From assembly GCA_963754925.1 (NCBI GenBank), contig CAVWHX010000004.1, positions 480,001-544,000 of the forward strand: a stretch of 64,000 nucleotides of DNA, written 5' to 3'. The notes under the pieces are model-generated. The model worked only from the letters and a program-made list of their open reading frames with translations, searched no databases and was not told where the DNA came from. Position 1 is the first letter of the stretch; every line of letters starts with the position of its first letter. The translations under genes were made by a program, and so were the position numbers. Origin of the DNA: an uncultured delta proteobacterium. GTDB taxonomy: Bacteria > Myxococcota > B64-G9. Below, one piece after another: positions 28,919-39,104 of this stretch.

Positions 28919-30428
28919 ATGAATGCATCCGAAGCCTATGCCTGGTTGTGCAGAAATTCCCAAGAAAAAAGCATCCTTTCTTCCATCGGCGAGCTGCTCG
29001 CCTGGGATCAACGCACCGTCATCCCGACCGGCGGCCATGCCCACCGCGCCCGACAGCTTGCACTGGTCGCCAAGCTCGTCCATCAACGCTTAACCGACCC
29101 GCGCATCGGCGAACTACTCGCTATCGTCGATGGCAGCGCCGTTTGCGCCGATCCTTCGAGCCCGGAGGCGATCAACATCCGCGAATGGCGCAGGCGGTAC
29201 GAGCGCGCCCGCAAGGTTCCCGAACGCCTGATAGTCGAATTGGCCGAGGCCGCTGCGCTCAGCGAGAGCGCCTGGGAACACGCGCGCCCGAACAACGATT
29301 GGGCGAGCTTCGCCGGGCACCTCACCCGGCTGGTGCAGCTCAAGCGCGAGGTAGCCTCGGCCCTCGGATACCAGCACGAACCCTACGACGCCCTGCTCGA
29401 GGAGTATGAACCCGACCTGAATACCCAGCAGAATCGAGGCGCTCTTCGGCGTTTTGCGCCCAGCGTTGGTCGCCTTGCTCACCCGGATACGGGGCGCCCG
29501 CCGCAGGCCCAATCCTGCAGTTTTGCGGGGGCGTTTCCCGCGTTCCAAACAGGAGGCCCTCGGCCGGGAAGCCGCAACGCTCATCGGCTACGATTTCACC
29601 CGCGGACGGCTCGACTCGTCCGCCCATCCATTCACCATGTCCGCCGGTCCCAGTGATGTGCGGATTACGACCCGCTACGACAAGCGTTACTTCCCGACTG
29701 CGTTCTTCGCCACCTTACACGAGGCCGGCCATGCCCTCTATGAGCAAGGCCTGCCGGCCGAGCATGCGGGTACGCCCATCGGCGAGCCCGCCTCGTTGGG
29801 CATCCACGAGTCGCAATCGCGGTTGTGGGAAAACCTGGTTGGCCGCAGCGTCAGTTTTTGGCGTTACTTCCTCAAACGGGCACAGGGCCATTGCACGGCG
29901 CTTGCCGGCGTCAGTCTCGATGAGTTCGTCTTCGCCGTAAACGGCGTTGAACCCAGTTTGATACGCGTTGAGGCTGACGAAGTGACCTACAACTTACATA
30001 TTGTATTGCGCTTCGAGCTCGAGCTGCTGCTCCTGCGCGGCGATCTGACGGTAGCGGACCTGCCGGCGGCTTGGGATGAAAATATGCGCTCCCTGCTCGG
30101 GATACTGCCGCCCGATGCAGCCAGCGGGGTGCTGCAGGACGTGCACTGGGCGTCCGGAGCAATCGGTTACTTCCCCACCTATACCGTGGGCAATCTGGCC
30201 GCCGCCCAATTCTTCAAGAAGGCGCAACGCGACCTCGGCGATCTGGATCGGCTCTTTGCCATAGGCGACTTCGCTCCCTTTCTCGACTGGTTAAGGCGGC
30301 ATGTTCACGTCCACGGCGGCCGTTTCTGGCCGCGCGATTTGGTTCGACACGTGACGGGCGAGGATCTTTCCCCGGCTTTTTTGATCGAACACCTCGGCGA
30401 GAAATATACGCGGCTCTATAAGCTATGA
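28919..30428 (+). CDS. Carboxypeptidase M32 (Taq-type), frameshifted near 29432
   Basis: WDQ, YDALLEEYEP, HPF, DVRITT, HEAGH, HESQS, IRVEADE, QDVHW, GYFPTY. Confidence 0.92.
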
Positions 30429-31390
30429 ACCCTTCCCCGCCGAAATTCCCAGGCGGCGGACGCTTCCGCAGCCTGGCGCCAACCTTACGCCAGCGTTTTG
30501 GCGCGAACGTGTATAAGGTCACGCTCCGGGCAGGTTTTGGCTGCCCCAACCGCGATGGCCGGGTCGGATTCGGCGGGTGCCGGTTTTGTTCGCCGATCGC
30601 CCTGATACCCGCCGGTCGGGTCGTCTCCGGACCTATCGAAGCGCAGCTCCACTCAGGTCTCAAAACCCTGAGTCTCCGTCACGGCCCGGCCAAGGCGATT
30701 GCGTACTTCCAGGATGGCACGGCGACCGACGCGCCGATCGTGGTGTTGAGAGACCTGTACACCCGCGCCATGGCCGATCCGCGGGTGGTCATGCTGGCGG
30801 TGGGCACCCGCCCCGACTGGCTGCCTAACGAGGTGCTCGACGTGCTCGCTGAGTTGTCGGCCTGCAAACCCATCCTGCTTGAACTGGGCCTGCAATCGGC
30901 GAGCGAACGGTTGCTCGCCGCGCTCAACCGCAACCATACCGCGGCGGTCTTTGCCGACGCAGTGCGACGGGCGCACGCGCATCGAATCGAGGTGCTGGCG
31001 CATATCATTCTTGATTTGCCCGGTGAGACTGAAGCCGATCGCCGCCAAACGGCAGCGCAGCTTAACGACGTGCAGATCGAGGGGGTAAAAATTCACAACC
31101 TGCACGTCCTTGACGACACGCCCCTGGCAGACGACTATCGATCGGGACGGTTGGCGCTTCGCAGCCTGCCCGAGTATGCGGCTATTGCGGCGGACTTCAT
31201 CGAACGGCTCTCGAGCGCAACGGTCATTCACCGTCTGACCGGCGAGGGACCAAGCAGGCTGATGCTCGCCCCGCGCTGGGCGTCGGACAAACGCCGGGTG
31301 CTGGCCGAGATACATAGCGTCCTGAAACAGCGCGACAGTTGGCAGGGCAAGCTGGCCGCTGATTTCAAATCCGATTCCGGCACCGTATAA
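30425..31390 (+). CDS. YhcC-like (TIGR01212-type) radical SAM protein
   Basis: GFGCPNRDG...GGCRFC, YFQ, GTRPD, ELGLQS, GVKIHNLHV, HRLTG. Confidence 0.9.
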   Translation: MNPSPPKFPGGGRFRSLAPTLRQRFGANVYKVTLRAGFGCPNRDGRVGFGGCRFCSPIALIPAGRVVSGPIEAQLHSGLKTLSLRHGPAKAIAYFQDGTATDAPIVVLRDLYTRAMADPRVVMLAVGTRPDWLPNEVLDVLAELSACKPILLELGLQSASERLLAALNRNHTAAVFADAVRRAHAHRIEVLAHIILDLPGETEADRRQTAAQLNDVQIEGVKIHNLHVLDDTPLADDYRSGRLALRSLPEYAAIAADFIERLSSATVIHRLTGEGPSRLMLAPRWASDKRRVLAEIHSVLKQRDSWQGKLAADFKSDSGTV

Positions 31391-31404
31391 CCAAGGAGAA
31401 GCAC

Positions 31405-31926
31405 ATGGTTAAGATCGAGTGCATGCACGGCGACATCACCGCGCAAGAGGTAGACGCGATTGTCAACGCGGCGAACCGCAGCCTGCTCGGCGGCGGCGGG
31501 GTTGACGGAGCGATTCACCGCCGGGGCGGGCCCCGCATCCTCGAGGAGTGCAAGCAGCTTAGGGCAACCACGTACCCCAACGGGCTGCCGACCGGAAAGG
31601 CCGTGGCCACCGCTGCGGGAAATCTCAAGGCCCGCTGGGTAATTCACACCGTTGGTCCGATCTTCCATAGCTCCCGAGCTCCCGCCGACGAGCTGCGCTC
31701 CTGTCACGTTCAGGCGCTTAAGATCGCGGACGAGCTGGGCGCACGATCGGTGGCGTTCCCCGCAATTTCGACCGGCGCGTATGGGTACCCGGTGGATCAG
31801 GCCGCCGCAGTCGCCATCCAGGCGGTACACGATGCCAAAACCAAGGTTGAGCTCGTCCGTTTCGTTCTCTTTGATACGGAGACGCTGCGGGTCTTTGAGA
31901 AAGCGCTACGAAGACAAGACCAGTAA
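31405..31926 (+). CDS. Macrodomain O-acetyl-ADP-ribose deacetylase (YmdB-like)
   Basis: GDIT, VNAANRSLLGGGGVDGAIH, HTVGP, AFPAISTGAYGYP. Confidence 0.95.
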   Translation: MVKIECMHGDITAQEVDAIVNAANRSLLGGGGVDGAIHRRGGPRILEECKQLRATTYPNGLPTGKAVATAAGNLKARWVIHTVGPIFHSSRAPADELRSCHVQALKIADELGARSVAFPAISTGAYGYPVDQAAAVAIQAVHDAKTKVELVRFVLFDTETLRVFEKALRRQDQ

Positions 31927-32009
31927 GTAACCATTTTCTTTCGGGTGATAGTATCAGTACGCGCTGGGTGATGCAGCCAAGCCGCACGGCCGAGCAGGGG
32001 GTTTGCGAT

Positions 32010-32060
32010 CCCCTTCGGGGATAAGAGCTTCTAACTCGCTTCGCTCGTAAGAAGCTCTAA
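32010..32060 (+). repeat. Diverged copy of the REP-like hairpin element
   Basis: CCCCTTCGGGGATAAGAGCTTCTAACTCGCTTCGCTCGTAAGAAGCTCTAA. Confidence 0.8.
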
Positions 32061-32198
32061 GGCGACAGGACCCGGCGCGTAATCTGACAAGTACGCTGCT
32101 CTTGAGCGCCGCACACAAAGATGTTATTATGCACCGGCCATGAGGAGTTTTTTAGGAAATGCCCTTGTCGTGTCGTATAGGGAAGCGAGGTTTGTTTT

Positions 32199-32960
32199 GT
32201 GCTGATCGATTTTCACGTTCATTCGTCATACGATCCCGCGGTCGTGCTTTCTCCGTCCGACATACTGAGAAAAGCTCGGGAAGCCGGCCTCGACGGCATC
32301 TGCCTCACCAACATTCATTCGGTGAGTGTTGAGTCCGAATTTCTGCAGCTGGCCAAGCTCAGCGGCTTTCTGGTGCTGGTCGGGTTCGAGGCCGTCACCG
32401 ACCATGGCCACTACCTGGTGTTTGACCCCGAGCCGCAGAGCCTGCCAACCATAGGCAACTGGTTGCGGTTCGATTCCAAGGGACGGGCGCAGTTCGATTC
32501 GCTGCACTCGGCGGTCTGTGCCCGTAACGGGATTATCATCGCCGCCCATCCCTATGACCGCGCCGTTCAGGATTTCCCCGGGGACGGCGTGATGCAGCTA
32601 CCGGGCATCGCCGCGATTGAGACCCTCAACGGCCGACATGACTCCTTGGCGAACGACCTGGCCGAGGAGGCCGCCGCCTCGCTGGGATTGCCCGCGGTGG
32701 GCGGCAGCGATGCACGCTCCCACGTTGATGAAATCGGCCGGGTGGCGACCCTGGTGCGCGGTACGGTGCACAGCGAGGCAGAACTCATCGAGTGCGTCCG
32801 GTCAGGCGACGTATGGCCGGTGACGTTGGGCGAGCTTACGACGCCAACGGAGACCGGTCGGAAGCACCGCGCCGAGGAGCGCGATCAACGAAATCATCAC
32901 CATCGGCGCCGGCCCGACCGACGGCATGCGGGCCGCCCCAAAGGCCCAAAACCCGAATAG
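32199..32960 (+). CDS. PHP domain metallo-phosphoesterase
   Basis: DFHVHS, GLDGICLT, GHYL, AAHPY, ETLNG, GGSDA; basic His/Arg tail. Confidence 0.85.
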   Translation: MLIDFHVHSSYDPAVVLSPSDILRKAREAGLDGICLTNIHSVSVESEFLQLAKLSGFLVLVGFEAVTDHGHYLVFDPEPQSLPTIGNWLRFDSKGRAQFDSLHSAVCARNGIIIAAHPYDRAVQDFPGDGVMQLPGIAAIETLNGRHDSLANDLAEEAAASLGLPAVGGSDARSHVDEIGRVATLVRGTVHSEAELIECVRSGDVWPVTLGELTTPTETGRKHRAEERDQRNHHHRRRPDRRHAGRPKGPKPE

Positions 32961-32997
32961 CGGCGGCAGGCGGATCATCGGAAGGGTGGCGTAGCTC

Positions 32998-33934
32998 ATG
33001 GCTCAGAGTTCCCTACTGGCGCTTCGGCCAACCAATGTGATTCATCAACTTGAACCCTCGTGCCCACTGCCGCTTCTCAGCGGGCGGCTGTGTTTGTCCG
33101 CCCTGGCACAGCGCACCATGATTTTCTGGGTACCGACGATAAACCACCCCGGCGCGCTGCGGGCGGTACTCCGGGCAGCGACCCACCTTAAGGCGGTGAT
33201 AGGGTTGTGCTTTTCCCCGCCCAAGGCCGACACGCTCTGAGTTTAAACCCAGCGCGCATCCGGCAGCGTTTTTCCGAGCCGTAGCGGAAGCGGCGTCGGA
33301 GCTCAACTACCAGGTGCCGCCGTTTTTTCTCCATGTCCAGGAGCCGCCTGTTGCGCATACACAAACGCCCGCGTTTCATGCGGTCCGCAAGCATCTGAGT
33401 GCGAGTTTTGACTGTGGCTTTACCTCGTTTGGGGTCGACCTCTCCTCCTGCGCTGAGACTGAGCTCGTACCGGTCATACGCGGCCTCCTTGGCCAGATAG
33501 GGGAGTTTGAGCTTGCGATCGTGGTGCGGTTGCCGGCTGCGCCGGCAGCGGACAACAAAGTCCCCGCCAGATATGAACAACCGCTCAATACGCTGATCCG
33601 TGCGGGTATCAAGCCGGATCTGGTGTTGGTACCGGGACGGTTTGACGGCGACGGCCGGGGCCAACCCAGCCGACTCGCGAAAGCGATTGCCCCTGCGGGC
33701 ATTGCGTGCAACCAAATCCAACCGGGCGCCGCAACGAGTTCGCTCATCTCGGCTGGTTTGCGCGCGGTGCTGGGAGATGCGCGGCTCAAACGGCTTACCA
33801 GCCGGTACGAGCATGACCCCGACCGACTCGAAGCGTTGGCGTACCTTGAGGCTAGCGATTGGATCGAGAGACTGGGCGGGCGCGGCTCTGCCGATCAACT
33901 GAGGGCATACGCGTCAGGTATGGTACCCCGGTGA
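32998..33934 (+). CDS. Degenerate class II aldolase-like protein, frameshifted near 33235
   Basis: ORF 32998-33240 and the open frame 33239-33934 join with a 1-bp shift; VPPFFLH and GFTSFGVDLS resemble FBA-II VPVALHLDH and GFTSVMIDAS. Confidence 0.5.
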
Positions 33935-34476
33935 GGATTGTCGGCGGTCGTCTTCGTGGCAGGCGTCTCAAGTCCCCGCGCGGGCGCGCCATCCGGCCGA
34001 CTTCCGATCGAACCCGCGAGTCAATCTTCGACCTCCTCGGACCAGGACCGTATTATGGTCGGGTGCTCGACCTCTTCTCGGGGACCGGAGCGCTGGCGAT
34101 CGAAGCGCTCAGTCGCGGCTTTAGCCGGGCGGTTTTGGTGGAGCGGGATCGGGTGGCGCTGCAGCTGATTCACGCCAACCTGTCGCTGTGCGGCCTGAAT
34201 ACCGCGGCGCGGGTCGCGGCACAGGATGTCGCGCGTTTTCTTGAGGGATCAGATTCTGACGCCCCCTTTTCGCTGGTTCTTCTGGATCCGCCCTATGGTC
34301 AGGGGCTTGCCGCACCCGCCATCGAGGCATTGAGCCACCGCGGGTGGGTTGCTGAAAACGGCGTGGTGGTATGCGAAATCGAAGCAGCGCTCCTGCTCCC
34401 CGAGCAGGTGGGCAGGTTTTCCCTCGCTAAACACAAACGCTACGGCGACACCAGCATCTGGCTGTATGTGGATTGA
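33931..34476 (+). CDS. rsmD: 16S rRNA m2G966 methyltransferase
   Basis: RIVGG, RPTSDRTRESIF, LDLFSGTGALAIEALSRG, LDPPY; next to coaD. Confidence 0.93.
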   Translation: MRIVGGRLRGRRLKSPRGRAIRPTSDRTRESIFDLLGPGPYYGRVLDLFSGTGALAIEALSRGFSRAVLVERDRVALQLIHANLSLCGLNTAARVAAQDVARFLEGSDSDAPFSLVLLDPPYGQGLAAPAIEALSHRGWVAENGVVVCEIEAALLLPEQVGRFSLAKHKRYGDTSIWLYVD

Positions 34477-34650
34477 AAAAAATCCCGCGCATCGCCGGCC
34501 GCCGTGAACCGGCGGCTGATAGTGCTCTTCGGTCAACTGCAGCGTGAGGCTTCATTGACATTAGCGTAGCTATCAGATACGTTGACGTGCAATTTGAGGC
34601 TGCACGAACCCAAAACCGAGATCGAGCACTGAACGCAAGGAGGCATTGAA

Positions 34651-35151
34651 TTGGACGGCCTGGCTATCTATCCCGGCTCATTCGATCCTTTTACCAACGG
34701 ACATCTCGACCTCGTTCATCGCGCCCTGCGCATCTTTCCACACCTGATCGTTGGTGTGGCGAAAAATGTCGCCAAGGTCCCGATGTTCACCCCTAAAGAG
34801 CGCGTGGCGATGATCCGAGAGGTTCTCGATGGCGTCAAGGGAGTTGAAGTCGACACCTTTAGCGGCCTCTTGGTGGACTACGTCCGCAAGCGCAAAACCC
34901 AGATTGTTATCCGGGGGCTTCGGGCGTTGTCAGATTTCGAAAATGAATTCCAAATGGCCCACATGAATCGACGGCTCGATCCTAACTTGGAAACCTTTTT
35001 TATGATGACCGGCCACGATCAATTCTATATCAGCTCTCAGACGGTCAAAGAAGTTGCTTTCTTTGGCGGAGACATAAGCGGCCTCGTGCCTGAAGTCGTG
35101 GTCCGACACCTGCGGGCGCGGGTTAAGCAACTGACAACCAAAAGCACCTGA
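34651..35151 (+). CDS. coaD: Phosphopantetheine adenylyltransferase
   Basis: YPGSFDPFTNGHLD, RGLRALSDFENE, ISSQTVKE. Confidence 0.96.
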   Translation: MDGLAIYPGSFDPFTNGHLDLVHRALRIFPHLIVGVAKNVAKVPMFTPKERVAMIREVLDGVKGVEVDTFSGLLVDYVRKRKTQIVIRGLRALSDFENEFQMAHMNRRLDPNLETFFMMTGHDQFYISSQTVKEVAFFGGDISGLVPEVVVRHLRARVKQLTTKST

Positions 35152-35159
35152 GGTTTCGC

Positions 35160-36350
35160 ATGAGGTTATCTCGTCGTATTCAGGAAATCCAACCCTCGCC
35201 GACCCTCGGCGTCACGGCGCGTGCAAATGCCCTCAAAGCGGCGGGCGAGAAAGTATTCTCCTTTGCAGCCGGCGAACCGGATTTTCCTACCCCCGAACAC
35301 ATCTGCAAAGCCGCTTTCCGGGCCATTGAGTCGGGGCAAACCCGCTATACCCCTTCGGCGGGCATCCCCGCCCTACGCGAGGCAATACGCCGAACGTACC
35401 AGCAGGCGTTCGGCCTGCAATACGGCTTGGACCAGGTAGCGGTTTGCTGCGGCGCCAAACAATGCCTGTTCAACGTTTTTCAGGCGCTGCTCGATCCGGG
35501 CAGCGAGGCCATCGTCCCGGCGCCCTACTGGGTCTCCTATACCGAGCAAATCCGTCTCTGCGGCGCCAAACCAGTCGTGATACCGCCGCGGCCAGGCACC
35601 TTTGCGCTGGACGTGGATGCCGTCGCTCGGGCGATCAGCAAGCGTACTCGGCTCATGGTCATTAACAGTCCCTGTAACCCGACGGGATATGTCTTGACCG
35701 CGGACGAAATCGACGGAGTGGCCGAATTGACCCGCAAGCATGATCTGATCGTGATCTCAGACGACATCTACTGCCAGTTTATCTATGCGGGTAAGCGTGT
35801 TATCAACATCGCTGAACGTCACCCCCAGTTGATAGACCAGCTTGTGTTAATCAACGGCGTCAGCAAGACCTATGCTATGACCGGTTGGCGATTAGGATAT
35901 GCAGTCGGCCCAAAAGAAATCATCGGCGCGATGTATAAACTCCAGGACCAGTCCACCTCCAATGCTACCACATTTGTCCAGCACGCCGCAGTTGAAGCGC
36001 TGGCGTCACCAGCGGAGGAAATTGCGAACATGGTCCAAGCCTTCGAGCGACGCCGGAAGCGGATGCTGGAATTGTTTGCGCTCATTCCTGGTGTCGATTG
36101 CGCAGCGCCTGACGGGGCTTTCTATATGTTCCCATCATTTGCGAAAGTATTAGGCCGCGCGTTCAACGGCGAACCGATAGATTCCACCGTGCGCCTGGCC
36201 GAGGTCCTGCTTGAAAAGGAGCGCGTGGCGGTCATTCCCGGCGAAGGCTTTGGCGCCCCTGGTCATCTGCGGTTTTCGTTTGCTGCCTCCATCGAGACCA
36301 TCGAAGAGGGCCTCAGAAGGGTGCAAAAGTTGGTGCAGTCGCTATCGTAG
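35160..36350 (+). CDS. PLP-dependent class I aminotransferase (aspartate aminotransferase-like)
   Basis: GEPDF, NSPCNPTG, DDIY, SKTYAMTGWRLG. Confidence 0.93.
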   Translation: MRLSRRIQEIQPSPTLGVTARANALKAAGEKVFSFAAGEPDFPTPEHICKAAFRAIESGQTRYTPSAGIPALREAIRRTYQQAFGLQYGLDQVAVCCGAKQCLFNVFQALLDPGSEAIVPAPYWVSYTEQIRLCGAKPVVIPPRPGTFALDVDAVARAISKRTRLMVINSPCNPTGYVLTADEIDGVAELTRKHDLIVISDDIYCQFIYAGKRVINIAERHPQLIDQLVLINGVSKTYAMTGWRLGYAVGPKEIIGAMYKLQDQSTSNATTFVQHAAVEALASPAEEIANMVQAFERRRKRMLELFALIPGVDCAAPDGAFYMFPSFAKVLGRAFNGEPIDSTVRLAEVLLEKERVAVIPGEGFGAPGHLRFSFAASIETIEEGLRRVQKLVQSLS

Positions 36351-36492
36351 TGTCAGTGGCCGTACAAATAATGATGGGGTGAGGGTCATGGGGGCATAGA
36401 TGACGAGCACGGTCGGGGGTGCCGAACGTCAAACAGCGGTAACCAAACAAGTACCAGCAAAATTAGAATCGATAGATCTTACGGGTGGGCTT

Positions 36493-38037
36493 ATGCTGTG
36501 GGTGTTGCGGCCATTGTTACGCTGGGTAGCGCCGCTGCTTTTGCTAGGGGGACTAGCGCCTTCATCGGCCGTGGCCGCGGTGGCCGAACTCGAATTTGCG
36601 CAAGGGGTGGTGGCTTTTAGCCAAGGTCGCCTACCGGAAGCCGAAGCTCACTTCCAACAGGTGCTCAACGAACAACCTCGGAATGCGCAGGCCATCTATT
36701 ACCTCGGACAGGTGCGACTGGGTTTGGGCAAGCTCACCGAAGCCATCGACAGCTTCCAGAAAGTTATTAGCTTGCGGCCTGCCGATGCTGCGGTGCACTT
36801 GGATTTGGCGCTCGCCCTGATCAAGGCCGAGCGAATTCCGCAAGCCCTAGATGAACTTTCGAAGGTAAGCACCCAGCTTTCCGATCGCGCATCCTTGCAC
36901 TATTATATCGGTTACTGCGAGTACCGGCTGGGGAGAATGCTGGACGCACTTCCGCCTTTGCAAAAAGCCCAACAACTCGATCAGGGTTTTGCCGCCGCAG
37001 CCGGGTACTATCTGGGTTTAGTGCAGTATCATCTCGGCCAAACCGAACAGGCCACCCAACAGTTTAGCGAGCTATCGCATAAAGAATCCGGAGGATATTC
37101 CGCCCTGGCGAGACAAAACCTCGCGATACTGGAACAGGGAGCTTTTGTCCGACCTGAGAAACGCTATTTTCTTTACGCCCAGGTGGGCGGCGGTTATGAC
37201 TCCAACGTAACGCTCGACACCACCGATATCAGCCACGCGGGCTCACCGAAGTTCTTTGTAGCGCTTGGCGGATCATACCTACCCCTCACGACGGCCAAAG
37301 ACGCTATCGAGCTTTCCGCCAACCTCTACCGCAGCTTCCACCTAACGACCGCGACCGAGGGGTTCAACCTTACCAATGTTGCGGCCGCCGCTCGTTATCG
37401 ACGCCAGGTTACCTCGGGGCTTCAATTAGAAGTTGGCTACCTGTTCGATCTCGACTGCCTCGACGGCAGCCCGTTGCTGGATATGAATAGCTTTGGGATT
37501 TTCATGCAGGGGAATACGTTGCTGTCGCGCGTGCGAATCCTCGAAGGCGGTGCATTTGAGACTTCAGTCGAGTATCGATTCAACGCCCAATTCTTCCGCC
37601 CCACGCTCGACCGACGGGATAATTTCGGTCATGAGCTCATTGCCCGGCAGGATTTTTTTCTGTCCGATAGACGGGTGAGACTTTCGGCGACAGCCGGAGC
37701 GGTGGTTGAAGACGCCCGCGGGCGCGAATACGATCTCTGGGGACCGCTGCTTGCAACCGATATAACATGGTATATATCGAAGACTCTTAACCTGCTCGTT
37801 GCGTTCGGATGGCAACGTCAGGACCACTTTAGATATAGTGACGTCTATGGGAAGGAACGTATCGACGACCAACTAGCCAGCGCCGTGGGATTCGAGTGGG
37901 ACTTCGATGACAACCTGGGGTTGAGGGCTGAGTACCAATATGTAAACAATAGATCCAGCTACGTAGAGAACTTCAACGATAGGCCATACCAATACGAGCG
38001 CCATATAGGTTTAGTATCGTTCATCGGAAGATTGTGA
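36493..38037 (+). CDS. TPR-repeat + C-terminal outer-membrane beta-barrel protein (Slam/DUF560-like architecture)
   Basis: Signal peptide, several TPRs, GGGYDSNV barrel start, amphipathic strands; start uncertain (36400-36493). Confidence 0.72.
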   Translation: MLWVLRPLLRWVAPLLLLGGLAPSSAVAAVAELEFAQGVVAFSQGRLPEAEAHFQQVLNEQPRNAQAIYYLGQVRLGLGKLTEAIDSFQKVISLRPADAAVHLDLALALIKAERIPQALDELSKVSTQLSDRASLHYYIGYCEYRLGRMLDALPPLQKAQQLDQGFAAAAGYYLGLVQYHLGQTEQATQQFSELSHKESGGYSALARQNLAILEQGAFVRPEKRYFLYAQVGGGYDSNVTLDTTDISHAGSPKFFVALGGSYLPLTTAKDAIELSANLYRSFHLTTATEGFNLTNVAAAARYRRQVTSGLQLEVGYLFDLDCLDGSPLLDMNSFGIFMQGNTLLSRVRILEGGAFETSVEYRFNAQFFRPTLDRRDNFGHELIARQDFFLSDRRVRLSATAGAVVEDARGREYDLWGPLLATDITWYISKTLNLLVAFGWQRQDHFRYSDVYGKERIDDQLASAVGFEWDFDDNLGLRAEYQYVNNRSSYVENFNDRPYQYERHIGLVSFIGRL

Positions 38038-38101
38038 AATTTTGAAACGGGAAGCAGCATATCAGAAAGTTGAGGATAGACTAGCGGTATCGAATTCCAG
38101 C

Positions 38102-38125
38102 AACAGTATAACAGTATAACAGTAT
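38102..38125 (+). repeat. Tandem octamer (AACAGTAT)x3
   Basis: Read directly; about 40 bp upstream of a sigma54 box. Confidence 0.8.
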
Positions 38126-38166
38126 AATAAAATATGATGATTTTGTTTTTGAAGGAAAGGTATTAA

Positions 38167-38182
38167 GGGCACAAAGCTTGCT
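38167..38182 (+). promoter_or_regulatory. Sigma54 promoter of the FecR-domain gene
   Basis: GGGCACAAAGCTTGCT, GG(38168-69)-N10-GC(38180-81). Confidence 0.7.
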
Positions 38183-38211
38183 TTTTATTAGTAACCGGTA
38201 GGTCATACCAA

Positions 38212-39093
38212 ATGAAGCTTATCACTTTCGTATTAATTATGATCGTTGGATGGATACCGGGGGCGTTGGCGGGGATAGGAGTGGTCGCCGGGGTCCAGGG
38301 GGATGCTCGCGTGATTCGTCAAGCGGAGTCTCTCCCGGCAACCGTTGGGTTGGCGGTCGAACTTAACGATCGACTCGTTACCGGTAAAAAGAGCCGCATC
38401 AAGGTGCTGTTTTCGGATGACTCATTGGTGACGGTCGGCGGCGATACGGAATTGACGATCACCGAACATATGTTTAATGCACCAGCAAAGCAGCGTAAGA
38501 CCATCGTGGAGCTGGTAAAGGGAAAAATGCGCGCGTTGGTTCAAAAGGAAGTGGTGGGAGTAAGCGGGGTCTTCGAGGTGCACACTGAAAATGCGGTAGC
38601 CGGGGTGCGGGGAACCGAATTTGTCGTCGAGGCGGCAGATAGCGAACTGAAGCTTTGGACGATTTCAGGGGACATGGATTTAGTTGGCAGCGACGGCGCC
38701 AAAAAAATAGTCGTGGCAGGCGAAGGGTGCGAGGTATTGCACGGTGTTGCCACAGCGCCGCACGCTGTGGCTCAAGCCGAACTCAATGAAGTTCGTTCGG
38801 AGACCGATTGGGAGCAGTCACCGACAGCGCTCGCTCTGAATCTTGATATTGGGGCGTCGGAGCAAATCAACCCGCCGCCAGCCGGGGAAAGAATCAAAAG
38901 CAACGAACGATGGTCCCAAGAACCGGTATTTTCTTCGAAGTTCGGGCCGGGACCTCAGACGAATCAGGTCTATCCCGATGGGTCTTCCCCACCGAGTAAT
39001 TACTTCTTCGTGCAAGACACGGTATGGCAGGGCAACCCAATGGTCGGCAATTATTCTTCGAGAATCTCCATCACGATCAATGTGCGGAAATAG
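38212..39093 (+). CDS. Exported FecR-domain protein
   Basis: Signal peptide; DRLVTG..SR, FSDDS, TENAVAGVRGTEF. Confidence 0.85.
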   Translation: MKLITFVLIMIVGWIPGALAGIGVVAGVQGDARVIRQAESLPATVGLAVELNDRLVTGKKSRIKVLFSDDSLVTVGGDTELTITEHMFNAPAKQRKTIVELVKGKMRALVQKEVVGVSGVFEVHTENAVAGVRGTEFVVEAADSELKLWTISGDMDLVGSDGAKKIVVAGEGCEVLHGVATAPHAVAQAELNEVRSETDWEQSPTALALNLDIGASEQINPPPAGERIKSNERWSQEPVFSSKFGPGPQTNQVYPDGSSPPSNYFFVQDTVWQGNPMVGNYSSRISITINVRK

Positions 39094-39104
39094 GGTAACA
39101 AACA

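Noticed and set aside
14869..32060. Integron attC sites for the hairpin repeats
   Set aside because: No paired RYYYAAC/GTTRRRY ends, no cassette array, no integrase in the window
31405..32960. Macrodomain + PHP as an anti-phage defence system
   Set aside because: Both look like ordinary stand-alone housekeeping members with no toxin, sirtuin, ATPase or nuclease partner
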